Positions 13,310-26,724 of a stretch of 64,000 nucleotides of DNA are shown piece after piece (the first letter of the stretch is position 1; each line of letters opens with the position of its first letter). The stretch is taken from NCBI GenBank assembly GCA_964016885.1, contig OZ024746.1:31434001-31498000 (forward strand). Reading direction: 5' to 3'. Both the position numbers and the translations under genes were made by a program. Below the pieces are notes generated by a model that searched no databases, was not told the origin of the DNA, and saw only the letters and a program-made list of their open reading frames with translations. Source of the DNA: Eledone cirrhosa. Lineage: Eukaryota.

Positions 13310-14593
13310 ATCTTCAACATTCTAAAAAAGTCTTACATTTCTTCTATAGCCCCCTCTCACTCCCTATAAAAAAGACAAACATAAACAACCAACTCCAGAT
13401 ATGTTTTAAAGGGTGATTAATTTTTAATGCAAATATGATTAATTAGTTTTAAATTATGTTGGCTCAGTTCAAAATATAGAGCTAATATAATATTTCAATT
13501 TGAGCAGACTTCCTGATCAGCTATCTGTCTGTCTGTCTTCTCTGATCAGTTGACTGGCTGGATGTCTATCTCTGATCAATTGGCTGGCTGGATGTCTATC
13601 TCTTATCAGTTGGTTGGCAACTGACTGGCTGGATGTTTCTATTTCTGGTCACATGTTTTAGTTTTAGGCAACCCGCCATTTAGTTTGTGTTTTATTGTTT
13701 TTATTTATTTACTTATTTTTGTTGTTTGAAGTTTTTAGTTCTCAAACAGATATTTAAAGCATAGTTTATTTTAGATATTAATTGATTAACTTTGACAAGT
13801 TCTACATTCAGATAACATTTTTATAGAAAGCTGTTATACTAAAAGACATGATCACTGGTAGATACTGTAAATATAGCAGTTAGTTTCTCAGCAAACTTGA
13901 GTGTTACTCTTAACTTATTCTTTACCATAATTCTAATGAAAAATACTGCTTATGATTTTCGAGTAATTTTGAAAATAATCAAGGATTTTCAGGGATTTAG
14001 TAATATAAATAACTTCCTTATTATTAAGCTGCTGTTTGGAACAACTTAAACAAAGGTTTTTAGATAAATACAAACACTTTAAAACAAAGGGTTTTGTATG
14101 GTAGAACCAGGGATGGTTTCGTGTGGTCTGATATTCACTTAGTTTAACACCACCCCCAACACCAGACTTTAGTGGAGTTTACTCTGTTTGAAGTATTTGG
14201 GATAAGTCTCCAGTTTAAAGATACCTTCCTCTCACCCACTAAATAAATACATGATAGACTTCTGATCACCACTTGAAAACCTTTTTCAGTTAAAAGAGAA
14301 AAGGCTAAGATTCACAATACTTCATTCTCTTCTCTGCTCTCACTAAGGCATCACGCCTGTCTATATAATAAATCATCATCATCATCATAAGTAATGAATC
14401 AAACTTGGATAATTTGTTCATAACTGTTCACAATTCAATTTATTTCAAACTGAGCTCAACTTTCATCCTTCTCATAAAGAGTACCTGTAAGATATTAGGG
14501 TTAATTTCACCAACTTTATTGCCCCTCCCCTACCTTCCTAAATTAGCCTTGTGCCTAGACAAAATAAACCATTGTTGTTGTTATTATCATTAG

Positions 14594-15030
14594 AGTGATG
14601 GATTGTCAGAATCAGTAGAGCGTTGGACATGCTTTGTGGCATGCTTTACATTCTGAGTTCAAATCCTGCCAAGGTTAGCTTTGCCTTTCATCCTTATGAG
14701 ATCAATAAAATAAAGTACCAGTAATGCACTGGGGTTGATTTAATTGACATTCTCTTTTCCTCCAAATTGCGGGCTTTGTGCCAAATGTAGAAACATTCAT
14801 TATTAGAGCAGTGGATTGTCAAAATTGGTAGAGTGTCGGACAACATGCTTTGTGGCATAGAGTTGTAACCCTTTACGTACTGATTTCAAATCCTGCCGAG
14901 GTTAGCTTTGCCTTTCATCCTCACAGGGTTGATAAAATAAAGTACCAGTCATGCACTGGGGTTGATTTAATCAACTTTCCCCTCCCCCCAAATTGCTGGC
15001 CTTGTGCCTAAATCAGAAACCATTATTATT
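14594..15030 (+). mobile_element. Two tandem copies of a tRNA-derived SINE
   Basis: Repeated unit with B-box-like (g)ttcaaatcc, body ttagctttgcctttcatcc...aataaagtaccag and an (att)n tail. Related copies lie at ~4540-4690, 24110-24295 (-) and 46550-46710. Confidence 0.75.
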
Positions 15031-16168
15031 ATTGTCAGTAATGTATTAGGTTCTTCATCTGATCCTTAAATTTTAATAATTTTTCTTCTCTAATTTCTAT
15101 CTGGCTTACACATCTGTAGTGGTCAGACTTAGTTTGAATAACACCTATACACACACAGGCATCTAGCATTTTAGTTTTTATAACACACATACACTCAGGT
15201 ACCTACCCACACATACAAACACACATTTAGATCAATTTTTTCTAACTCCACTTAACATTTTCTTTTGTTTTTTCATCCTTATTTTCTTTAATTTTCTCTC
15301 AAAATGTCATTTTTTATTTCATTTATATTTTTTTCTTCGAAATAATTTTTTCCTCTTTATATCTTTATATTTGACATTAAATTTTATTGAAACAAAAAAT
15401 TTGACTTCCTTTGTCACTTTTACTTGTTTCTCTAAAGTTACACCACTTGGAATAGAAAGTGAGTTTAGTGGGACAGAGATATACTGAGCTTCCGGTGAAT
15501 GTTATATTATTATCATCATCATCATGCAATTACTGTTTATCTTTTAAGTTTAACTAGTAGGCATGGTTTTTCAGGTTATTTTCCTTTCCTATTACCAACC
15601 CTGTTATAACAGGGAGTGGGTGTATTTTATTGTTCCACCAGTACAAGAGAGGTTGTCTGCCCTTCCTATCATCAATACCCTTAATTGTAGAGGACTGGGT
15701 GTATTTTATCGTGTCACCAGCACTAGAGAGGTTCTCTGCTCTTCCTATCATCAGCCCCGTTATAACAAAGAACTGGGTGTATTTTATTGTGCTACTAGCA
15801 CCAACCCTGTTATAGCATGTTATATTTTATTGGGTCACCGGCACGACTTAAGAATCCTCAGTAGACACTCAGTGACCACTCTCATAGATGGGAAAGGTCA
15901 CCTTAGCTACAATTCATGGAGCCCATGTCTTCCTTGGAGTCATATAATATATATTTACTTGATAAGTTACACTTATTATTACAAGAAAAATAATTGTAAA
16001 AACAGTAACTTATCTACTTGACCTACAAAACCTTATATATAAAGGTGGGTAGCTTATCTATGGTTGTGACCAATAAACAAGTATATATATATATAGGCGT
16101 GTGTGTATATGGTGTGATTTATAAACAGGTATATACGATGTGTGTGCATAAGAAATAGTCGACACTTT

Positions 16169-16840
16169 CCGTTACCTGGGTTACAAAATCAGCAGTGGTG
16201 GAGGGTGTTCTGAAAGTACAGTAGCTAGAGTTAGAACGGGATAGAAAAAGTTCAAAGAACTTATACTGCTATTGGCCACAAAAGGTTTCTCTCTAAAAAT
16301 GAAAGGCATATTGTATGATACTTGTATACGAACAGCAATGTTACATGGTCGTGAGACATGGGCATTGTGTGCAGAGGACCTGCACAGACTGGAAAGGAAC
16401 GAAGCATGCATGCTCCGTTAGATGTGTAATAGCAATATATACGAATGGTAAAACATAAATGAACGAAGTGAGAAATTAGGAATAAGAGGGATCAGATGCT
16501 GTTTACTTGAGAGAAGATTACGTTGGTATGGTCACATGATGCGCATGAAAGACAACAGCTGTATAAAAAAGTGCAGGGGGATCAAAAATGAGGTCGTGTA
16601 GGTGTCACAACAAAAAAACAATCCACGCTGTAATGTGGTCATGTAGGTAACATGGTAAAAAACTCCCAGTCCACACTGTAAATGTGGTTGGTGTTAGGAA
16701 GGACATCCAGCCGTAGAAAACCTGCCAGATAGTCCTATATGAGCGAGACACGGTCACCCGACCAATCTTGCCTCAAGTGGGAGAATTCCCGTCTAACCCA
16801 TGCTAGCGTGGAAGATATACGTTAAACTGATGATGATGAT
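16169..16840 (+). mobile_element. RTE LINE 3' fragment with internal deletion
   Basis: Decayed RTE C-terminal coding region (RYLG...RRLRWYGHMMRM), family 3'UTR and (TGA)n tail. Confidence 0.88.
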
Positions 16841-17034
16841 TTGTATGGTATGATTTATATATATCATCATTTTACGTCCACTTTTCCCTGCTTGTACATG
16901 TTCCTTAACTAGATAGCTTCAGTATTTATGTGAAGTAGATATATTCTCTGGTTGCCTATGCTGATGTGTCCTATGTTGAAATGCTACTGATGTCTTGGTC
17001 TGGCCATGCTACTGTACTGCCATTTTTAGTATAA

Positions 17035-17363
17035 CAACCGGTCTGAGAATTGAACTCGAAAGGTTGTGAGTTCAATTCTCAGACCGGTTGATGTGTTGTT
17101 TCCTTGAGCAAGACACTTTATTTCACATTGCTCCAGTTTACTCAGCTGTAGAAATGAGATGATAGGGACTGGGGTCCATATCATTCCACTGCAAAGTGGT
17201 CGTGGAGGTGCCACGGCAAAAAAGCACCCAGCACTCACTGTAAATGAGGTTGGTGTTAGGAAGGGCATCCAGCTGTAGAAATCAAGCCAGAATCAGTTCC
17301 CGTCCCACCCTTGCAAGCAGGGAAAAAGCGGACGTAAAATGAAATGATGATGAATGATGATGA
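17035..17363 (+). mobile_element. 5'-truncated SINE with RTE-type 3' tail and a 5' fold-back hairpin
   Basis: Near-identical to 29250-29553. A 23-bp perfect inverted repeat lies at 17035-17057/17068-17090. Confidence 0.85.
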
Positions 17364-17566
17364 TATATCATCAATCATCATCATCGTTTAACGTCTACCT
17401 TCCATGCTAGTATGATATATATATATATATATTTTTTTTTTCTTTACATTATATGGTTTAACTAATAGGTAGCAGGGTTTGTGATCAACAGAACATGGTG
17501 TATATCTTCCATCATAGATGTAGTATCTCATGGGTGGTACAGAGTTAAATACTTCAATGAAAAACA

Positions 17567-17720
17567 TGTGAAGGCCAGATTCCAATAACTTCCTTTATTG
17601 TTGTATAATACATATTTCTGTGGTCAATTAAATTATATCATTAGAGCATGACACAAAACAATTTGCAATGTCATCAGATGGTATGAACATAAAGGAAGTT
17701 ATTGGAATCTGGCCTTCACA
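17567..17720. repeat. 32-bp perfect inverted repeat with 90-nt spacer (MITE-like)
   Basis: tgtgaaggccagattccaataacttcctttat (17567-17598) is the exact reverse complement of 17689-17720. Confidence 0.85.
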
Positions 17721-18331
17721 GGCTTTTCAAAGTATATATATATCATAGGCAATATGCCCCAAGCAGTATATAAATGCTCTCCTCTTAGGCCATCAAGAGA
17801 AGCCGGGTATCACCATGACCCCTCCTCCAGCAATGAAATGCTGGACCTCAGCCTCAACCACTCTTCCCAGCATGACCATGTACACTAAACACCCTAGTGC
17901 TGGTGAAACTACAAAAGTACCCAGTCCAGTTCATTCTGTAAAGTGCTGGTGTCATGGCAAAAAGCACCTAGTCCAACCTGTAAGGTGGTAGTGTTGGTGT
18001 CACAATAAAATGCTCCCAGTACATTCTGTTAAGTGGATGGTGTATGATAAAGTTATATCTGAATAAATACAGTATGTGTAACTGTAACTGTACTTCGGTT
18101 GCTAGTGCACTTCTTTCTATATATCTTAATAACATGAGCGCTAATTATGCATGTTTCTGATGAGAGTCCAATTAAATCCGAAAATCAATTAAAGATGTTT
18201 ATCATTTTTCTTTTCTCAATTCACAGCGAAATTCGTATTTTCTGGCTTGTTTACATGGCTGCATATTAGATATATGTATATATTCATACACGGTTGTAAA
18301 GTCTCAGTTACACACTGTATTTATATAGATA

Positions 18332-19046
18332 CTAGCAGAATGGCCCGGCGTTGTTCGGGCTTCTAAACATAGATTGGCATGTTTATCCCGCCTTTCTGAA
18401 ACAGTACAGAGAAGTACGGAATACCTTGGCCTGGAGATGGTGTCTACATTTTGTGCTTATAAAAAAATTCATCGTAGATTACCAGGGGCTTAACTTAATT
18501 GGGTGCCTGAGAGTAAAATGTTCAACCCACGAAAGCCAAGACGATAGGGTTAAGTAAAAAGGCATTTGACAAACTGAGCATGTATTTGTTGTGCTATGGT
18601 ACAATGAAAGTTACAGAGCAGTAAGCATGTGGGACTGCAGAGCATGAAGGAATTTAGTTGGAGACTTTTAAGGTTACAAAAATCTATCCAATCTGATATA
18701 GTCCGAACTGTTATATCGGAGATACTATTGGGGTCACCATCAACAATTTCTAGGGATGTACGTTTAAGTAGGGATAATATAGCCTATAAAGAGAGGTAAC
18801 TCTTTCAAAATACTAAAGAGTTGTCTCTCTTGAACATTGTAGACAAAATTGCTGAACTAACAAAAAGGGCTTAAAGTTTTAATGAAAAAAACGCCTTCAA
18901 CAACAGAAAAATAAAAGCTGCAGTGAATATCTTGAGACCGCAAGGAATATATAAATGCAAGTTTGAAGTCAATCGGAGTAGAAATGTGGATTTGTATTGA
19001 CTTTCCAAAATTAGGAGACACAAAGACATTTTATACATAGTATAGA
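18332..19046 (-). mobile_element. Non-autonomous Helitron
   Basis: On the - strand: A|TCTATACT... 5' end, 3' GC hairpin (gcccgaacaacgccgggc) then CTAG|T, inserted between A and T. Confidence 0.75.
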
Positions 19047-20828
19047 TAACTTTATCAAATACTTCACCTGCTATCACACTTATTACTATATATATATATA
19101 TATATATGCTCTAAATTAAGATTGTATTACTTTTCCCTCATCTTACATTAAACATTTTTTCATCTTGATGGTATAGTCACTTATTGTTGGCATTTTGCTT
19201 ACATTTATTTCTCTCTCTCTATATATATATAATAGGAAAGGAATCCAGCTGTAGAAAACTCATCAAACAAAGAGTCAAGAGAATTGTTTACTCGTGTCAA
19301 TGACACAACACCCTCTCTAGATAAAAACACATCTTGTAAGTTAGCGAGAAGCCGATCTCTGGTCCATCAGAGAGATCAGTGGCTGATTAAGAACTAATCT
19401 AGTCTATGATAACCAGCTCTTACTAGCAGTAAAGCAGATGATGATGATATTCCTCTGCTAGCAATAGCTGGATGGGTTGTCATATATCTAATCAGAGCTA
19501 ATGACCTCTCAGCTGGGGGCCTGCTTCCCGTTTACATATGTTCTTGCACTATAGAGGGTGTCATGTCTTTGAAGTCCTCCCAAACCCTTGTTTGATAAGT
19601 AAAATTATGATGATGAATTTGGCAAGACCAGTGTGAGCCAGATTTCTGTGAGACGTCATAAAGCCAACAGTAAATCAAGAGAATAGTGCTGTACAGATTT
19701 GGAGGGTTTCCACAACAAATTACTACAGTGCCAACTTTAGCATGGTTGATTAATCCATAATCTACAAAACATCGTCATCATCATTTTGTGTCCTTCCACA
19801 GTGGCATGGGTTGGACAGGTTGTTATGGTGTGACACCAGATGGGTTGGAACAACCAAATCTTGCTCATACCTTCCATATTTGTCATGGTTTATACAACTG
19901 GATGTCCTTCTTAACACTAACAAATCTATAGTGTACCAGATGCATTTTATTGTGGCACCAGCACTACCACTTTACAGAGTGCACTGGGTGCATTTTATCA
20001 TGGCAGCAACACTGCCACTTTACAGTGTGTTCTGGCTGTATTTTATGACACCAGTACTACCAATTTACAGTGTTTTGGCTGTATTTTGTTATGGCACCAG
20101 CACTAGAGAGGCTGTCATATGCTCGGCTAGACTATGCCAATTTTATAGTAGTCCCATGAATCACTCCATTAAAAGTAGTCCCATGTATCACCACATTGAA
20201 AGTAGTCCCATGTATCACCACATTGAAAATAGTCCCATGCATCACCACAATTTTGAATGAGCTGCAACACCCACAGTAACATTTACCATAATTTGGGAGA
20301 TGGTGAATGAAGCATGATTGAATGGTTAACAGGTTTGCTTCTCAACTATTAGATCCCGGGTTCGATCTCACTGTTTGTCATCTTGGACAAGTGTCATTTG
20401 ACATAACCTCGGATTGAACCATGCTTTGTTAGTGAAATTAAATAGACGGAAACTGTTTGGAAGCCTGTCAGATGGACTGTACCAGTACAAAGTGCCATGC
20501 TGAATCTCCCTGAGAATTACATTAAGGATGACTGTGGATGCTCAGCTACTTATACGTTAATTTCATGAGAAAGCTGTTCCGTTGAACACTCATAATTGAA
20601 ACCGACGAAAGCCCGTTCCTAATCTTTTACATCCACAATACATCCACAATACATCCACAAAAGAATATTTTGTAATTAAAAGGTTACGATGCTATTTATG
20701 TATATTGGACGTCCCCCTTTTCAGAGTGTTTGGTGAGATTTGATGAAGGTTGGCTATTTCTAGTAGGTCAAATTCCCACTTGTAGACTCTCTCGAATTGT
20801 GATGCTTTGCGGCGTATCTAAATATGTA

Positions 20829-21026
20829 CGAGGGCCGGCTGTAAAGTTCATTGGCTGACCAAGATACCCACATGAAATGATCAAACGAGGTATATTTTTC
20901 AACATAGTCGCTGGAAAGTAACAATGCAGTTATTAATAAGAAGAGTTGAAATTAACGCATGCAAGATTTCACAGCTCTAGCATCACTCCTTCATAGTCAG
21001 CTTAAGAACTTTTCAGCCGACCCACG
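20829..21026. mobile_element. Tc1/mariner-type MITE
   Basis: TA flanks. TIR cgagggccggctgtaaagttc versus the reverse complement of the right end, cgtgggtcggctgaaaagttc (18/21 match). Confidence 0.8.
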
Positions 21027-21585
21027 TAACTAACGATTACATGGCTTTCTTGAATTACCGAAACGAATAAGTTTCATTAAGTAAAAGTTACGTAATTTTA
21101 AATGAAAATCTTTTACATATACATTAATCGTGAAGTATATTTTGTTTAAAACATATTTATAAACGGGGAGAGGTTTAAAATCAAAGTTTACGGACCAAAT
21201 TTTTTATGGGGTGATGATTAAAAAATTCACATTGAAACCAAACTTAATTATTTTGATAAATCAAGAATACCAAGTTTTCTTTCTTCCCTTCCAGTCCCTA
21301 TTATCATTAGTTTTATTTTTAATGACGTCGTAATTTTCCACTTTTACCTAATTAATCTATTTGCTTATCTTAAACTACTTCTAAACACTACAGTGACCAT
21401 GGAAACTATGCGACATGTAATAACAAGCAGTAATTAACTTTATTTTTATTTAATTACCAACACAAAAAATCATAGTAAAATAAAAAAAACTTACGCAAAT
21501 TTCAATGTTTTCAAAAGCGGTGTCAACCGAAGAACGTCACCACTTAGCAAAATAACACACACACACATATACATTACACACACAC

Positions 21586-21618
<33 letters not shown>

Positions 21619-21766
21619 TTGTAAATTGTTTAACAAGATAGCAGAAAGTCGGTCACGTTTGACTTTTTATCAGTTTTTACCCTACCACCTCATATACACC
21701 CAATGACATTTCGCTTCGCTGTGTCAACAGCTATTGGAATTAAAAGTTATTTTTAATTAAAACAGT

Positions 21767-21798
<32 letters not shown>

Positions 21799-22974
21799 GT
21801 GTGTTGCGTATGTTTCTGTGTGAGTCTCTCACTATATATATATATACACACACACATACACAGTATATATTTGTATACGCGTGTTTATGGTATAACAATG
21901 TGTGTAGGTGAGTAATTTTTCTGTCATCGTAGCTGAACCATTTAAAGACTCAATCAACAAAAGACTTTGCCAACAACACATTCAGAAAAAAAAGTTCTGC
22001 GTTCAACCATCTATAACGTATTCAACTCTATAAGTATATATACACGTGCTCTGCTATACATACATACGCGTTGAACTATTTACACAATATATACAACATA
22101 CACCCATATAAAACTCATATTGATCCGTCTAAGCATAACAGGGATTTCCTTCCTATTACAAAATGTCCCAAGCAACAACATGGATACCTCTGGCACCATT
22201 GCACAATTCTTATGGTAAACAACAATTTTAATCCCTTTTTCTATCATTTCATTCTACGAAATCCTTGTTTTTTTTTTAGGGTGGGGGGGTTCTACCCTTT
22301 TTTGTTTACTAGTTTCACTCAATAGACTGCGGTCATACTGGGGTACCGCCTTGATTTAGGCGATCATATCGACCACAGTACGTTTTCTTTCCAAGTTTGA
22401 TACATATTTTATCGAACTCTTTTTGTCGAACCGCCAATTTACGAAATAAACACACACACGCATACATATATTATATATTACAACGTGCTTCTGCAGTTTT
22501 CGCCTACCATATTTCACTCACCGAATTATAGTAGAAGCCCAGTGTGCCACGTATTAGGTTGAACCCTCAACATTGACACAATACAAGGAAACTAACGTTA
22601 GACTGCTGTCCACCTGGAAACATCAGAGTGGTTACTAGAACTGCTAGAAACACCAGTCAAATCTCCTTTAAACCCTCATTTATTTGATATCAGATGTATA
22701 CTATGCCTGAAAGATTAAAAAAAAAAGAAAGAAAGTGCTGGTACCCCTTGGGTCGTATGATTAAATTGGGGTGGTATTAGACTTATACATTTTTTGAAAT
22801 GTTAAGACTTTCTCCCGCCTTAATAGCGCAGTTAACTTCTGTGTGGGTGTTCGATTTCGATCAGACACCATGGGGCGTGGCTACAGGGTAAATTTCAAGA
22901 AACATTCTATATTAAAATGTAAAAAAAACCCAAAACAAAAGAATTCTAACGTACCGGATATTGTGATTAATGAT

Positions 22975-23600
22975 CCGTATTTTATTTACAATTGTATAAA
23001 TTAAATAACATTACAAATCGTTTGCAATTCTTTCAGAATGAAAATATAAACAGAGAATATACATAAATTTACAATAGAATAACAACAAATATGTTTTAAA
23101 TATATACATAAATAACATTACAAATGCTTAGATAACATTATAAATTGCTTGCGATTTAATCAGAAAGATATATTCTTTTAATGTTACAATATTTAAAAAA
23201 GGTAAAGGAAGGGGTGAACAGCTGAGCCAACACCAGAGCAAAAGACAGCAACATCGCGAGGAGTACTGGGCAACCTCTCTAATGATTTTTGAGGCAAGCC
23301 AGCACACTCGCAGCGTTGCCTCGGGTGATGGCGAGGCTAATGCGCTGGAACAGCCAAGCGCCCTCACGTGATTCGCCAGTTACCTCTATTAGGCGAGCCA
23401 CCAGTTAAGAGAGGAACCTCGCAGTCAGCGGTCCGACTCCCCCAAACGTCTGGAAAGCCACAGACTGAAAAATGAAGCTGGCCGACAGATCAGAGTATTT
23501 GAGGATGTGGGAAAGAGTAAAAGAGTCACTAACGGTGACGTCCCAGACAAGGCACCTGCCTCTCGACCAGGAGCACAGGGTAAGGCCGTCACTTCTGGAC
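22975..23600 (-). mobile_element. CRE-clade (restriction-like endonuclease) LINE 3' end
   Basis: RSDGLTLCSWSRGRCLVWDVTVSD...FQSVAFQTFGGVGP...AWLFQRISLAITRGNAASVLAC*, then an AT-rich 3'UTR with AATAAA. Confidence 0.8.
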
Positions 23601-23755
23601 AATGTTATCTAAGCATTTGTAATGTTATTTATGTATATATTTAAAACATTTGTCATGTTATGCTACTATAAATTTATTTATATGCTCTGTTTATATTTTC
23701 ATTCTGCAAGAATTGCAAACGATTTGTAATATTATTTATACAACTATGAATAAAA
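23601..23755 (+). mobile_element. Inverted copy of the CRE element 3'UTR
   Basis: Near reverse complement of ~22990-23139; ends with AATAAA at ~23749. Confidence 0.75.
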
Positions 23756-24030
23756 ATTGTATAAATTTACAGTTGAATAAAATTACAAAAAGGTTTATAT
23801 GTATACATAAATAAGATTACAAATGCGTAAATAACAATAAAATTCGTTCAGAAGAACATTACAAATATAATGTCTAAGCCGTGTATAAAAATTGAGCAAT
23901 AATGATAAAGGAAAGAAGAAAAAAAAAAGGGGTTAACTACATACTTTGAAGCAAGCCAACACGCTCACAACATTACCACGGGTAATGGCGAGACTGAAAT
24001 AACGATGCACCCCCACGGGCATCACCTGAC
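23756..24030 (-). mobile_element. Second CRE-clade LINE 3' end
   Basis: FSLAITRGNVVSVLACFKVCS* plus a 3'UTR similar to 23060-23150. Confidence 0.7.
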
Positions 24031-24076
24031 ACTTCAGTAAGGTGATCCCAACAATGTATATGAGTATGTATACAGT

Positions 24077-24117
<41 letters not shown>

Positions 24118-24354
24118 TTCTACTTTTGGCACAAGGCCAACAAATTACCCAGTGCATTACTGGTACTTTATTTTATCGACCCCGTAAGGATGAAAGGCAA
24201 AGTTAACCTTGACGGGATTTGAACACAGACCGTAAAGAGACGTAACTATGCTGGAAAGCATGGCGTCCGACTCTCTACCGATACTGCCAATCAGGAAGTG
24301 AGGTAAGGAACCAGGTGGACCATAACGCATCAGGGTACTCGATACTTAGGGTAG

Positions 24355-24497
24355 TAGAGTATATTCCGTTATAACGAAATTCACTGGGTATAAAAAATTC
24401 TTTGTAACGAAAAATTCTTTATAACATGATCGGCCTAATACATCGAAGTGTGGCTGGGGATTGAAAAAAATTTCGTTATAACGGAATTTTACCTGTA
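24355..24497. mobile_element. pogo/Tigger-like MITE
   Basis: Terminal inverted repeats attccgttataacgaaatt / aatttcgttataacggaat; right end ...cctg|ta. Confidence 0.65.
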
Positions 24498-24559
24498 TAT
24501 ATATATATATGTATATATCTAGGAAAAACTTGAACCATTAAGATCTCCTTCCTGGATAT

Positions 24560-26362
24560 GGCTTGACTCGTCGAGCTTCCAATGCCCTCGCAGCGTGGAG
24601 GTGCAGGAGCTGCCTCTTCCCCCATGTCTTCCCAGCCACGGCCGGCACACCACCAGATGGGACAGTGAGCTTGCCTGACGCCCGAGCCTCGCTGGTCAAC
24701 ATCGCTCGGCTCAGGCGGCTCTGGAAGATCCCACTCAGGATCCCAAGAGCGGCACGGGTGCCGGTAGCCGATGCCCTCGCTTCCTCGATTGAGAGTGCCC
24801 TGGACTCCAATTGAGCCAGTGACTGGGAGCGGCTGTTCTATTTTGCCCCACCAGCAGCCTTCGTCAAGGCCAATGTCTCGTCATTTGGGCGAGCGCCCAT
24901 TCTAAGCGTGCCCAGGGACGCCACACACCCCACCCTCAGGTACCCCCTATTCTTCACCCCGAGGCCAGCGCCAAGCATTTGCGTGACCAGGTAAACGCAA
25001 AGCTTATCATGGGTGATGTCTCGGTCGCAGTCAGAGGTGTTGCCTCAGAGGACACTGTCCTCCAAGCCATCGAGGAGATCCTGGCTGCTCTGCGGCTCAA
25101 ACACCCTGAGCCACCCACTGATCTCAGACCCATACCCCCACCCGACCCCCACCTGCTCCTTGTGGCTACTGATGCAGATATCATGTCCGCCATCAGGTCC
25201 TTCCCAGCTAGCAGCTGCGGAGGTGTTGATGGTCTCCGACCAGGCCACCTCAAGGAGTTGACATCCCCCCTTCTCCGCTGAGGCCAGGCGCCGCCTTCTG
25301 AGTGCAATTGTGGCGCTCACCAATAGGCTCATTCATGGTGCCCTCGACCCTTACGCCCGAGGCCTCTTTTTTTTGGCCAGCCTCACTGCTCTCAGGAAGA
25401 AAGAGGGTTGCATACGCCCCAATGCTGTGGGCAATGTCTTTCGGAGGCTGGCTGCCAAGGTGATCTGCAAGTCCGTCACACACGAACTGGGTGAGGAGTT
25501 TAGTCCGGTGCAACTGGGTGTCGGCGTGTCCGGTGGCTGTGAGGGAGCCTCTCATGCAATCAGGCAGTTCTTCAGCAGCTGCCCATCGGTACCGGCATCC
25601 AGGGACTCCAGGCACCTCATTGTCAAGCTTGACATGAGGAATGCCTTTAACTCTTTACGCCGGGATCATCTGCTCGAGGCCTGCCTCAGCCGAGCCACCA
25701 CTGCCTACCCGCTGGCCTACCTGTCATATGGAACCCCGAGCATGCTCCTAGCTGCTGATACGGTCATACCCTCGGCTACTGGGGTCCAACAGGACGACTC
25801 TTTGGGACCCCTCCTGTTCGCCCTTGGTATTGACCACATCGCCCGGAGTATCACGGCCCCTCTCAACGTTTAGTATCTGGATGATGCTACGTTGGGCGGG
25901 CCCGTACAGACGGTTTGCCTAGACCTTCAATCGGTGATTCCCGCCCTGGCGGGAATCGGCCTCCAGGTCAACTCGGCCAAGTCGGAGGTGGTGAATGTCA
26001 GCCTCGATGCTGCGAGCTTTGCAGCCTCCGTCTTGGACGTGCGGTCCATTCTCCGCCAGGTTCAGGTGACCCCCAAAGAGGATGTCCTCATCCTCGGGTC
26101 ACCGATCCACCCGCCGGCCATCCGCTCCACCATCAGATCCAGGCTTCAACAGTTCCAGACTCTCACGAGCCGACTGGGCTTGATTGACGGCCACCCGGCT
26201 CTCATTCTGCTGAGGAACTGCTTCGCCATGCCGAAGCTTCTCTATACACTCCACAGCGCTCCATGCTACACCCAGACATCTCTCCTCGCTGACCTCGATA
26301 CTTGTATCCGAGCAGCAGCCGAGGGGATATGCAACGTCAAGTTTGACGACATAGGGTGGCAA
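24560..26362 (+). mobile_element. GC-rich CRE-clade non-LTR retrotransposon, disrupted RT region
   Basis: Frameshifted and stop-interrupted ORFs with SAIRSFPASSCGGVDGLRPGHL, IRPNAVGNVFRRLAAK, QLGVGVSGGCE, KLDMRNAFNSL, GVQQDDSLGPLLF and YLDD (25874). Confidence 0.88.
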
Positions 26363-26724
26363 GTGACACAGAAGAGTTTATGTCACTAAAATATAGTTTA
26401 AACGGAATGATGGAAATGATTCTTGTATACCTTTTAACATACTATGTTGCTATATATGAACATTAATTTCACCATCTGGTCTCTTCCTATCAATTCTAGA
26501 CAATCCAGCCGGCTTCAGAATTGAGGGGATATTTACAAACCTGTCAACTCTCCCCGTCCAACGGGGAGATCTCCCACCCATTTTGAGGTGGATGAGAAAT
26601 GTCTTCTCTTGTGAAAATAGGTATAGCTTTCATTATGTAAAATTTCCCCATTTTGCCTCATTTCTCTCTGTTTTGGTCACCTTTTTCATGGTGGTCCCCG
26701 TTTGGGCTTTTAGAGGTTGGCAGG

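Noticed and set aside
18150-18200. CTGATGA...GAAA hammerhead-like motif (similar traces at ~54730-54755 and ~61545-61592 on the - strand)
   Set aside because: Stem II/III or core bases do not fit; decayed remnants at best.
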